DNA from: Patescibacteria group bacterium
Lineage (GTDB): Bacteria; Patescibacteriota; Patescibacteriia; UBA10025; JAHIVO01
Assembly: GCA_049325535.1 (NCBI GenBank)
Contig: JBMOKY010000001.1
Location: forward strand, 813,942 to 877,941
Reading direction: 5' to 3'
Length of the DNA stretch: 64,000 bases
Of the stretch, positions 45,414-54,448 are shown piece by piece. The position numbers were made by a program, and so were the translations under genes. A model generated the notes under the pieces. It saw nothing but the letters and a program-made list of their open reading frames with translations. It did not search any database and was not told the DNA's origin. How positions within the stretch are numbered: position 1 is the stretch's first letter; each line of letters starts with the position of its first letter.

Positions 45414-46079
45414 CTATTCACCTACATCCTCGGTTTCAGTTTGAGGTACGCCAACCGGAATAATCGGCCGACGATTGTTGTTCTGGATGGCCAGCGCTAC
45501 CCCGACGGTACCACCGACCAGAATGAGGCCGACCAGAAATACGCCAACCCGCTGCTCATGGGGAAACATGCCACACAGGATGATGAATATCATCAGCGTG
45601 ACGCCTCCCCGAACAAACCACCGACGCTTCCGCTCAGCCTGCTCCCGACGCACCCGAAATTCATCGCGGTAGACGGGAAACTGGGCGATGAACTCCCGGA
45701 ATTCCCGATCGTTCATCAGCTTCGCCTTCTGCAAGTGTTTATACGCCTTGCCGAAGGTATTCTCGAATTCTTCCTTGACACGGTCAAGGAATCGCTCCGC
45801 CCCCAATTCGAGTTCCGCCATCATCCGACGGCGTTCCTCTTCCCGCAGACGGCGGGCATTGGGATCGTTCTGCAGGAAATCCCGCATTCCCGATGCCACC
45901 ACTTTCGCGGTCACCAGGCTCATACCCCACCCGACCATCAGGTCGAATATAGGGCGCTCCCGGATAAACTGGCCGATACCCTCAAAGAGGCCACCAACCG
46001 AATCCGCGGCGAACTTAGCAATTCCCGATCCGCTGGATGCGGCATTCGAGGCGCTGGTTTCTTTCTTATTATCAGGCAT
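45414..46079 (-). CDS. Hypothetical protein, charged helix plus two C-terminal TM
   Basis: AGGAG RBS; 2-nt gap to the next gene. Confidence 0.7.
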   Translation of the reverse strand: MPDNKKETSASNAASSGSGIAKFAADSVGGLFEGIGQFIRERPIFDLMVGWGMSLVTAKVVASGMRDFLQNDPNARRLREEERRRMMAELELGAERFLDRVKEEFENTFGKAYKHLQKAKLMNDREFREFIAQFPVYRDEFRVRREQAERKRRWFVRGGVTLMIFIILCGMFPHEQRVGVFLVGLILVGGTVGVALAIQNNNRRPIIPVGVPQTETEDVGE

Positions 46080-46084
46080 ATCTC

Positions 46085-47149
46085 CTACCTTCTGGCGCGC
46101 CGCTGGGGAGCGTTGCGCCGTTTGCGTGCACGTTCTTTGTCAGCGCGGTACTTCCGCAGCCGTTCTTCTGCCTCATCCGCACGGCGTGAAGCATCCAATA
46201 CCATTTCCGCCGTGACTTTCGTCGCGCTGTCGGATAATCCGAGCAGCCGCTTGCCGAACTCCTTCACCTGCGTGATGGGGTTCGGCCGGACACCGAAATA
46301 GTTACGGCGCTGCTGGATAGGATACCCAGCCACCAGCTTGAGAATCTGGCGGCTCCGATTGAGTACTTCGTCAGTACCATCACCGTACAGTCCGGCCATG
46401 GTTCGACGATAGTTCTGTTCGTCGGAATCGCTGTCGTGCCCCACGTCCATCATGACTTCGAGAATGCTTTTCTTCTCGTCGTCAGTCAGGCCGTCGAGCA
46501 GCCTGCCTTCCATCATCCCAGGCGCGGGTTTGCCCTTTTTTTCCTCATCGCGTTTCGGGTCGAGCTTGCCGATCCCAAAATACGAGACGAGGTCGCACCC
46601 GGCTCCACCATCCGCGTATTTGCAGAAATCGGTGGCTAGGGTAGGAAAATCCTTGGGAGAGATGTTTGAGATTATCTGGAGGAGTTCCTCATAGATAATC
46701 TCGCTTTCCTTCTGGATTCTGCGGAGCTCATCGCTCCACTTCTTGTTATGATGCGGCTGCAATGATGCAATCCGCGTCATGACGGCGGCTGTCACCTTGG
46801 CGGCTGAAGCAGGACTCTGTCCTCCTTGCTGGCCACCACCGCCTTTGCCTTTGTTGTTGGCCATGTCAGCCTCCAGGGTATGGTGTTTCAGTTCCCGCTC
46901 CCGGTGTCGCCGCAGTGCCGCTTCCGCGACTGACCGCGACTTTCCCGAGAGCCTGTTTACCAGCTCGGTTTCCAGTGCTGGCCCCCCGAAATTTCGGGAA
47001 AGCCTGATGAGAAAATCAGCTCCCTCGTCGACGAGACGAGAGAAAACCGGCAGCCGCATCAGAAGACTTGCGCCTTCCTGTACTGCGACGCCTTTTCCGA
47101 TCTCCATCGCACCCTCAACCACTTTTGAAGCAATATGGGCGGTTCCCAT
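46085..47149 (-). CDS. Hypothetical soluble protein
   Basis: GGAGGT RBS; second in-frame GGAGG-N6-ATG at 46864. Confidence 0.7.
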   Translation of the reverse strand: MGTAHIASKVVEGAMEIGKGVAVQEGASLLMRLPVFSRLVDEGADFLIRLSRNFGGPALETELVNRLSGKSRSVAEAALRRHRERELKHHTLEADMANNKGKGGGGQQGGQSPASAAKVTAAVMTRIASLQPHHNKKWSDELRRIQKESEIIYEELLQIISNISPKDFPTLATDFCKYADGGAGCDLVSYFGIGKLDPKRDEEKKGKPAPGMMEGRLLDGLTDDEKKSILEVMMDVGHDSDSDEQNYRRTMAGLYGDGTDEVLNRSRQILKLVAGYPIQQRRNYFGVRPNPITQVKEFGKRLLGLSDSATKVTAEMVLDASRRADEAEERLRKYRADKERARKRRNAPQRRARR

Positions 47150-47259
47150 TAGCGCTCACCTCCTTCCAGGAAGTGGACGTTTGTCCAGGGTTGTACCGGC
47201 GCCCTGGCGCGCCTTTTGCCGTACGGCAAAACGAACGTCAGTGCGTTCATGTGCATCAT
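47149..47259 (-). CDS. Small leader ORF (36 aa)
   Basis: AAGGAG RBS; MMHMNALTFVLPYGKRRARAPVQPWTNVHFLEGGER; TAATG overlap with the next ATG. Confidence 0.55.
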   Translation of the reverse strand: MMHMNALTFVLPYGKRRARAPVQPWTNVHFLEGGER

Positions 47260-47414
47260 ATGCACTCCTTTCCACACCCGAAAATCGGGGTGAGCGTTTG
47301 ATTGTTGCTATTTCGACAGTTTCAGTATTTTCGAACTTCCGAAGTTAAATTTTCAAAGACCGTTGCTGTAATACAGCTGTTTCATACACCTGTGTGTAAA
47401 CAAAACAGCCTACC

Positions 47415-47443
47415 ACGTTACTACATAATGATGATTTTGTCAA
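47415..47443 (-). promoter_or_regulatory. Sigma70-type promoter TTGACA-N17-TAACGT
   Basis: Upstream of the four-gene operon. Confidence 0.6.
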
Positions 47444-48303
47444 GGGGTAAAATGCCTAACCCAGATCCCGTCACTCTCAAATCTGATGTCCCCTTGTCCA
47501 TCGGTCCGCAATACCTCAGCACCGACCGAACCGAGGCGACGTAGTACGAGCTCATGCGGATGACCAAATGAATTACCGACACCGGACTGTATGACCGCAT
47601 ACTGCGGACTGACCGCCCGCAGGAAATCAACGGATGAAGAGTACCGGCTGCCGTGATGGCCTACCTTCAGTACATCACTATCCAGCGTATCGGGATATTC
47701 AGCCAGAAGCCCCTCCTCAACCGCCACCGGCGCGTCACCAGTAAACAAAAAAGACACATCATGATATTCCAGCCGCCCCACGATCGAGCTGTCGTTCACA
47801 TCGTCATAGTACTGACCAGCAATATCATCCAGCGGATGCAAAATGGTAAATGTCGCATCACCGAATCGCAGACGCTGGCCACGCCGTGGAGTGATAACGG
47901 TCGCGCCTGAATCCCGTACCATTTCCTGCCAGGCCGTATACTCTGGCGCATCATACTCTATATCAGCATAGACGATGGTACTGACATCATACCGTTGCAG
48001 AACTTCATTCAAGCCGATGACATGGTCGGCGTGCGGATGTGTCAGCACGACGATATCAATCTGACGAGAATAAAATGGCAGCGCACGGCCCAGATCGGCC
48101 AGTATCGACCGATCGGGTCCGCCATCGATGAGCATGGTCTGTCCAGTCGGCGTCTGGATCAGGATGCTGTCTCCCTGCCCCACGTCAAAAAAAGTCACGC
48201 GCAATCCGGCATCGGGACGCAGCACGACCAACGCTAACAATATCCCGACCAGCGCTAGTGCACTGAATAAAACGTACATTAATTTTCTTCGATGGAAAGG
48301 CAT
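47440..48303 (-). CDS. ComEC-type metallo-beta-lactamase domain protein
   Basis: FFDVGQGDS, LIDGG, LTHPHADH, LFTGD, LKVGHHGS, NSFGHPH, LRTD. Confidence 0.92.
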   Translation of the reverse strand: MPFHRRKLMYVLFSALALVGILLALVVLRPDAGLRVTFFDVGQGDSILIQTPTGQTMLIDGGPDRSILADLGRALPFYSRQIDIVVLTHPHADHVIGLNEVLQRYDVSTIVYADIEYDAPEYTAWQEMVRDSGATVITPRRGQRLRFGDATFTILHPLDDIAGQYYDDVNDSSIVGRLEYHDVSFLFTGDAPVAVEEGLLAEYPDTLDSDVLKVGHHGSRYSSSVDFLRAVSPQYAVIQSGVGNSFGHPHELVLRRLGSVGAEVLRTDGQGDIRFESDGIWVRHFTP

Positions 48304-48310
48304 AAGATGA

Positions 48311-48339
48311 TTGACTAAAACACTTGAAAACGATACACT
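48311..48339 (+). promoter_or_regulatory. Promoter TTGACT-N17-TACACT, likely giving a leaderless glpX mRNA
   Basis: -10 box ends 7 nt before ATG 48347; no RBS. Confidence 0.65.
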
Positions 48340-48346
48340 GCACTAT

Positions 48347-49297
48347 ATGGACAGAAATTTAGCTCTGGAATTTGTCAGGGTGACCGAAGCAGCGGCCATC
48401 GCCGCCGCCGAATGGATTGGCTATGGGGAAGCGAAGAAAGCAGACGGTGCCGCGGTCGACGCCATGCGCATCCGATTCAATCAAATTGATTTCCAGGGAA
48501 CCGTGGTGATCGGTGAGGGTGCCAAAGACGAAGCGCCTGAACTGTATGTGGGTGAAAAAATTGGCTTGGGAGCTGGCCCGGAAATGGACATCGCTGTCGA
48601 TCCACTAGAATGCACCGAAAGCGTTGCCCACGGCCGGTACAATGCCATGTCCGTCATCGTCGTGGGCGCTGCCAGATCGCTCTTCCACGCCCCTGACACG
48701 TATATGGAAAAAATCGCAGTTGGCCGAGCAGCGGCTGGAGTTATCGACCTGGATGCCACGCCGACGGATAATGTGCGCAAAACTGCACGAGCACTGGGAA
48801 AAGACGTCAGAGAAATGACGGTGATGGTACTCGACCGGCCCCGCCATGACCCGCTGGTCGCTGAATTACGCAAAGCCGGCGCCCGGGTGCGCATGGTCAC
48901 CGATGGCGATGTGGCTACGGCAGTTGCCGCCTGTATCCCGGATAATGATATCGATATGATCATGGGTATCGGCGGCTCGACCGAAGCGGTGCTCGCTGCC
49001 GCACCAGTAAAAATAATGGGCGGACAGCTCCTGGCCAGATTCGCTCCGCAAAACGACAAACATGCTCAGATAGTCAAAGCAGCCGGCTATACCACCTCCA
49101 CCGTCTACACCGCTGAAGACCTGGCGCACGGACACCAGCTGACCTTTACGGCCACAGGGATTATCGACGGCCCATTGCTACGCGGCGTAGTTGTCCGTCC
49201 GCACTGCATCGAAACGCACTCAATCGTCCTGCGAGGCACCTCCGGCACGTGCCGTTACATCACCACCCAGCATGATGCTTATAAACCTAATGCCTAG
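48347..49297 (+). CDS. glpX: Fructose-1,6-bisphosphatase class II
   Basis: RVTEAAA, VVIGEG.KDEAP, DIAVDPLE, YMEK, LDRPRH, DGDV, ATGI.DG. Confidence 0.96.
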   Translation: MDRNLALEFVRVTEAAAIAAAEWIGYGEAKKADGAAVDAMRIRFNQIDFQGTVVIGEGAKDEAPELYVGEKIGLGAGPEMDIAVDPLECTESVAHGRYNAMSVIVVGAARSLFHAPDTYMEKIAVGRAAAGVIDLDATPTDNVRKTARALGKDVREMTVMVLDRPRHDPLVAELRKAGARVRMVTDGDVATAVAACIPDNDIDMIMGIGGSTEAVLAAAPVKIMGGQLLARFAPQNDKHAQIVKAAGYTTSTVYTAEDLAHGHQLTFTATGIIDGPLLRGVVVRPHCIETHSIVLRGTSGTCRYITTQHDAYKPNA

Positions 49298-49300
49298 CCT

Positions 49301-50317
49301 ATGAACGAGTCATTGCAGAACATTGCCAAACAACTGATGGCCGACCACAAGGGGTTCCTGGCTGCCGATGAGAGCGTCAGCACCGCCACAAAACGATTGG
49401 CGGAAATCAATCTCGAATCGACCGAAGAAACCCGCCGCCAGTACCGTAATCTCTTCCTCACGACCGCCGATCTCGGCCAATATATTTCCGGCGTCATCCT
49501 CTTCGAGGAAACGCTCACGCAGTCAGCCGATGACGGGACCCCATTCATGGAACTTTTGCGACAGCACCAGGTCATCCCCATCATCAAAGTGGACAAAGGC
49601 GCTCATGACATGGCGCTCTTTCCCGGGGAAAAAGTGACCGATGGACTGGACAAGCTACGTGACCGATTTGCGGAATTTTACAAAAAAGGGTGTCGTGCTG
49701 CGAAATGGCGCGCGGTAATCAAAATAGAGGATAACACCGTACCTAGCGAACCGTGCCTCCATGCAAATGCCCACGCCCTTGCTCGCTACGCTGCCCTGGC
49801 CCAGGAGGCTGGTATCGTCCCAATCGTCGAACCGGAAGTGCTCATCGACGGGCCGCATGATATCGCGCGAAGTGAAGCGGTCACCACCGCCACACTCCAG
49901 ATCATGTTTGACGAGCTGAAACGCTACCGGGTGGATCCGACCGCCACCATCCTCAAATCCAGCATGGTCATCAGTGGCAATGAATGCACCAGCCAAGCGA
50001 CTCCTGACGAAATCGCGGCGGCTACGCTCCGCTGTTTCAAAAAAACGGTCCCCGCGGAACTCCCCGGTATCGTCTTCCTGTCTGGTGGGCAGAGTGCCAC
50101 ACAAGCGACGGAAAACCTCAATGCCATTGCCCGGCAGAGCATGGGTCCGTGGCCATTGAGCTTCTCGTATGCCCGGGCGCTGCAGGGCACCCCGCTCCAG
50201 TTCTGGAATGGGAAACCAGAAAACCTCGCTGCGGCACAAGCGGAATTTTCTAAACGCATGCGTCTCAATCACGCGGCAGCCAAAGGTGCCTATACACCGG
50301 ACATGGAGCACGCGTAA
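49301..50317 (+). CDS. Fructose-bisphosphate aldolase class I
   Basis: GFLAADES, GVILFEET, IKVDKG, AKWR, PIVEPEV, LKSSM, FLSGGQS, FSYARALQ. Confidence 0.96.
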   Translation: MNESLQNIAKQLMADHKGFLAADESVSTATKRLAEINLESTEETRRQYRNLFLTTADLGQYISGVILFEETLTQSADDGTPFMELLRQHQVIPIIKVDKGAHDMALFPGEKVTDGLDKLRDRFAEFYKKGCRAAKWRAVIKIEDNTVPSEPCLHANAHALARYAALAQEAGIVPIVEPEVLIDGPHDIARSEAVTTATLQIMFDELKRYRVDPTATILKSSMVISGNECTSQATPDEIAAATLRCFKKTVPAELPGIVFLSGGQSATQATENLNAIARQSMGPWPLSFSYARALQGTPLQFWNGKPENLAAAQAEFSKRMRLNHAAAKGAYTPDMEHA

Positions 50318-50324
50318 TATTTTT

Positions 50325-51833
50325 TTAATGAACAGCCGCCGTTGGTCTAGCCAGCGGCGGTTTTTTGTTATATCGCCACAGGAACAACCCAATCAATGCG
50401 TGCAATCCGCCGGCCCATCCCCAATGCACCGGCGGCAGGTGCCAACTGACAAACGGCAACTGGCTGCTCACCTCAATCACCGACAGTATCACATGCAGCA
50501 GACCCCAGGCCAGCCAGCCGACCAGTGAACCGATAAACGGGAGAAGTATGCCGCCGATACCCGCCAAAAACCCGAGTGCCATGGCAAACGGAATCAGCGG
50601 TAATATAACTACATTCACCAGTGGCGCTATTGCGGACACCCGTCCAAAACTAATCAGGATCAAAGGCGTGGTCATGATGATGGCTGACAGAGTCGACGCA
50701 GCGCTGGCACGCAGCTCAAATACCGCGGGAAGAAAACGCACTACCCGCTCTACCACCGGTGACAGATAGACGAGCCCCACCGTCGCCAAAAAAGACAGCT
50801 GGAACCCAGCGTCAGATGCAAGTATATGTGGATTGACGAGCAGCATGATGGCCGCGGCCAGCACCAACGCATTGGTAATCCGGCTCATCCGCCCCAGTTG
50901 CCGCGCCACCAGTACGAGGCCGCCCATGATCCCGGCCCGGGTCACTGAAGCCGGCGCCCCCGTCATCACCACGAAAAAAAGTATAGCACCGGCGGATATC
51001 CAGAACGCGTAGCGGCGGCCGATCCACAGACTGCTGCATACATGCTGGATGCAAACCGCGATAATGGTGATATTATATCCCGACAGAGCGATGATATGAG
51101 TCGTGCCCGTAGCAGCAAAAGCGTCTAAGAGCCACTCGGGCATCGATGCCCGAGCGCCCAGCAACAAGCCGCCGGCAAATGACGCTTCTGGCTCGGCAAT
51201 GACGCTCGTGATGCGTTCCGTAAAATATGACTTGGTATGAAGGATAGCCGCCACAATCCAGCTCCCTCCATCAGTACCCACCAGAGTGACATCCGGCCGA
51301 TAGCATACTGAATAAATTTCATACCGTGCCAGATACCGGTCATAGTGAAATGTACGCCCATCATCGCCGGTGATGACCCCGGGTGATTGCAGCTGGCACC
51401 GGATACGCAGGATATCTCCATAGGCATAGGCAGGGTACGGACGGATATTGACCAGTACATAACCTGCCACGGGCAGGCGCTCATCCAGTGACTGTGTCCG
51501 GATCGTTAATTTGACATGGTCCGTGCGCACATCCGGCTCGGCTGCGACATACCCGGAAAATAAAACATCCTGGCCGTTGTAATAGTGAATGTACTGAGGA
51601 CTCACCACCGGCGAGGTGGCCGCATACCGCACCATGCCCAGACCGGCAGCGAGCAATACGACGGCTGCTGCCAGTACGCGCCGTGACCAGACACCGACGA
51701 TGCAGCCGATTCCGCCGACCGCACCAGTCGTAAAGACCACCATCGCAGGCAGTGACACCGCCGACGCTACCCCGATACCGCCAATAAACCCGAGACAGCC
51801 AACAAGAAATATTTTATCTTTCGACACATGCAT
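50325..51833 (-). CDS. comEC: ComEC/Rec2 competence membrane domain (with OB/DUF4131 region)
   Basis: GTTHIIALSGYNI, SVTRAGIM, GFQLSFLAT, multi-TM. Confidence 0.93.
   Translation of the reverse strand: MHVSKDKIFLVGCLGFIGGIGVASAVSLPAMVVFTTGAVGGIGCIVGVWSRRVLAAAVVLLAAGLGMVRYAATSPVVSPQYIHYYNGQDVLFSGYVAAEPDVRTDHVKLTIRTQSLDERLPVAGYVLVNIRPYPAYAYGDILRIRCQLQSPGVITGDDGRTFHYDRYLARYEIYSVCYRPDVTLVGTDGGSWIVAAILHTKSYFTERITSVIAEPEASFAGGLLLGARASMPEWLLDAFAATGTTHIIALSGYNITIIAVCIQHVCSSLWIGRRYAFWISAGAILFFVVMTGAPASVTRAGIMGGLVLVARQLGRMSRITNALVLAAAIMLLVNPHILASDAGFQLSFLATVGLVYLSPVVERVVRFLPAVFELRASAASTLSAIIMTTPLILISFGRVSAIAPLVNVVILPLIPFAMALGFLAGIGGILLPFIGSLVGWLAWGLLHVILSVIEVSSQLPFVSWHLPPVHWGWAGGLHALIGLFLWRYNKKPPLARPTAAVH
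50336..50366 (+). terminator. Intrinsic terminator after the aldolase gene, overlapping the comEC 3' end
   Basis: CCGCC...GGCGG stem plus T6. Confidence 0.6.
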
Positions 51834-51902
51834 AAAACCTTCCACATCGTTTGGGGAAGGCTTCTGTCTCTATCCTATGCCATGCTGGAAAAACTGTCAA
51901 AT

Positions 51903-51941
51903 AAAAAAGAGAGCGGGATCCCACGTGAAGATCCCGCTTTT
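51903..51941 (-). terminator. Intrinsic terminator
   Basis: AGCGGGATC/GATCCCGCT stem flanked by A and T runs. Confidence 0.7.
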
Positions 51942-51962
51942 GAACAATGATAACGTGCGAAG

Positions 51963-52256
51963 TTAGAACTCACCGGCGAACTTCGCAAGACAGAAGGGCT
52001 TTCTCCGGCCACGGTTGTTGATTTTGATCACACCGTGGCGGCGCTGATCGACCATCCGCTTTCTGAACCCGGCCAGATCGCCGAGCATGGCCTCGGGGCC
52101 TTCCTCATAGTGCAGCGTCAAGCCGCTGCATTGCGTACAGGCACCGATGGGCCGTTCCGGACTCATCGACACCGATCCGACGATTTCGATGGTTCCCTTC
52201 GCTCCGCACTCCTCGTGCGGGCAGTCAAATACCTGATGTTCTTCTCCTTGCTTCAT
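51963..52256 (-). CDS. Small Zn-ribbon-like protein
   Basis: CPHEEC...CTQC; AAGGA RBS; own promoter and terminator. Confidence 0.65.
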   Translation of the reverse strand: MKQGEEHQVFDCPHEECGAKGTIEIVGSVSMSPERPIGACTQCSGLTLHYEEGPEAMLGDLAGFRKRMVDQRRHGVIKINNRGRRKPFCLAKFAGEF

Positions 52257-52498
52257 GGCGGTTTCCTTTTCCGAGGAGGTTTGAAGTTGCTGTTTTTTTA
52301 ATACGCATCTCTTTTTTTAGACTCCTTTCTGCAGAGATGCAATTTTTTGGTTTATCGATAGATGTGACGCATAATCGTCACGGTTGATTTGGCGTAATTT
52401 ATTACCAAGGGTGGGGGGCGTCATAGATTTGAAACCGCCAAGTTCCTCAACTATCACGCACCCCCAGGCACCTCGATTTTCAAATATCAGAACACGGG

Positions 52499-52527
52499 AC
52501 TATAGCACGTAGTATACTCCCTGTCAA
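52499..52527 (-). promoter_or_regulatory. Sigma70-type promoter TTGACA-N17-TATAGT
   Basis: Near-consensus; implies a leader of about 235 nt before 52256. Confidence 0.7.
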
Positions 52528-52547
52528 TGGGTAATCGCAAGAGTTGC

Positions 52548-54443
52548 CTATTCCACAGTGACTGATTTAGCTAAATTGCGGGGCTTGTCCGGATCATAGC
52601 CTTTCAGCACCGCAATCTCATAGGCTAATAGTTGCAACGGGATAGTGGCTAGTACCGGCACCAAATGGGCAAGAGTATTGGGGATTTCGATCACCCATTC
52701 GGCCATACGGGCAATCTGTTCATCGCCCTCATTCACCACCGCAATGATTCGACCGCCACGGGCGCGTACCTCCTCGGCATTGGAAACAATTTTATCATAG
52801 CTGATTGGCTCTTCACTGTCGTTCGGCGCGATGATCACCACTGGCATATTCTCATCGATCAGCGCAATCGGTCCATGCTTCATTTCCGCCGCCGAATACC
52901 CCTCGGCGTGGATGTAGGATATCTCCTTCAGTTTCAGCGCCCCCTCCAGGGCAATGGGATAATTATACCCCCGGCCCAAATAGAGAAAATGGTCAGCACG
53001 CTGAAATTCACGGGCAATCTGCTGTACGATACCGTTGCCGCCGATTCGATCATACACCGAGGCGAGCACCTGCTCTACCTTGCCGGGCAACACCGATAAT
53101 TCATTGGCGATTTTCAGGAAATCATCATGGGGAATACGTGGTTTCCCTGTACTCAGGGGTTTGCTGCGGTCCAGGATACGTGCCAAGCCGAGATTTAATA
53201 TGGAAAGCGCCGCCACCTGGCAGGAAAAAGCCTTGGTCGATGCGACACCGATCTCCGGCCCCGCGTGCAAATAGATGCCGCCGTCAACCATCCGCGCAAT
53301 GCTCGACCCAACCACATTGACCACGCCGAGCGTATAGGCTTCCAGCTCCCGAGTGAGCTCGATGGCACCCTTGGTATCGGCCGTCTCTCCGGACTGGGAA
53401 ATGGCGATGGCCAAGGTATGCGGCATGATCACCGGCTGCCGGTAGCGAAACTCCGAGGCCTGCTCACAGGTCACGGGGACGCGCAATATTTTTTCCATCA
53501 TAAATTGCCCGACCAATCCAGCATGCCAGGATGTGCCACATGCCAATATTTTAATAGCGCTAATAGTGGGCAATGCCTCAGCAAACCCGTTTTCCAAACA
53601 GCGTACGTGCACCGAAGCGGCACCGTGCTGTACCCGACCGGACAATGTCTGCCGGATTGCTTCCGGCTGCTCAAATATTTCCTTCAGCATAAAATGGGGG
53701 AAACCGCCTTTTTCTATCTGCTCCAGATCCCAGGTGATCTGCTCCACCTCCTTAGCCACCCGCTCGTTATCCAGCGTCCGCACCGAATACGAGTCACGGG
53801 TCAGCACGGCCACCTCCCCATCGTTCAGGTAGATGACGTTTCGGGTATAGGGCAATAAAGCCGATGCATCTGAAGCAATAAAATATTGACCGTCGGAAAT
53901 CCCCAGCACCAATGGGCTGCCATTCCGGGCCGCCACCAATTTATCCGGTTCGCGGCTGCTCACTACTGCAATCCCATAGGCGCCCTGGAGCTGGGTCAGC
54001 GCCCGCTGTACCGCTTCCTCCAGCGGCAAATCGTTATGGTATTTCTCAATCAAATGGGCAATAACTTCCGTATCGGTTTCCGAACGAAACGTGTGGCCCT
54101 GCTGTTTCAGCAACAAACGCAGTGCCCGATAATTTTCGATGATGCCGTTGTGTACCAGCGCCACGATGCCATCCTGACCAATATGCGGATGAGCATTCAC
54201 GTCCGACGGAATGCCATGAGTAGCCCAACGAGTATGGGCGATGCCCACTGAACTGGAAAATGAAGTACCCTCGAGCAGCCGTTCCAGCTCAGCAATTTTG
54301 CCGGTTGCTTTACGGATCTCCAGGGTATCGCCCACGGTAGCGATGCCGGCGGAATCATATCCGCGGTATTCCAAACGCTTCAGCCCATCGAGCAGGATGG
54401 ACTGCGCTGGTTTCGTGCCAATATATCCGACAATACCACACAT
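52548..54443 (-). CDS. glmS: Glutamine--fructose-6-phosphate aminotransferase
   Basis: MCGIVG, LEYRGYDSAG, HTRWATHG, SQSGETAD, GVASTK, EGALKLKE, PRNLAKSVTVE. Confidence 0.99.
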   Translation of the reverse strand: MCGIVGYIGTKPAQSILLDGLKRLEYRGYDSAGIATVGDTLEIRKATGKIAELERLLEGTSFSSSVGIAHTRWATHGIPSDVNAHPHIGQDGIVALVHNGIIENYRALRLLLKQQGHTFRSETDTEVIAHLIEKYHNDLPLEEAVQRALTQLQGAYGIAVVSSREPDKLVAARNGSPLVLGISDGQYFIASDASALLPYTRNVIYLNDGEVAVLTRDSYSVRTLDNERVAKEVEQITWDLEQIEKGGFPHFMLKEIFEQPEAIRQTLSGRVQHGAASVHVRCLENGFAEALPTISAIKILACGTSWHAGLVGQFMMEKILRVPVTCEQASEFRYRQPVIMPHTLAIAISQSGETADTKGAIELTRELEAYTLGVVNVVGSSIARMVDGGIYLHAGPEIGVASTKAFSCQVAALSILNLGLARILDRSKPLSTGKPRIPHDDFLKIANELSVLPGKVEQVLASVYDRIGGNGIVQQIAREFQRADHFLYLGRGYNYPIALEGALKLKEISYIHAEGYSAAEMKHGPIALIDENMPVVIIAPNDSEEPISYDKIVSNAEEVRARGGRIIAVVNEGDEQIARMAEWVIEIPNTLAHLVPVLATIPLQLLAYEIAVLKGYDPDKPRNLAKSVTVE

Positions 54444-54448
54444 AGGAG

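Noticed and set aside
45441-46301. Long antisense ORFs (also 57708-58544, 40564-41322, 49655-50392, 14003-14952)
   Set aside because: They shadow better-supported genes on the opposite strand and show no motifs or start signals
54444-54448. glmS ribozyme
   Set aside because: Only 5 nt separate prfB from glmS, leaving no room
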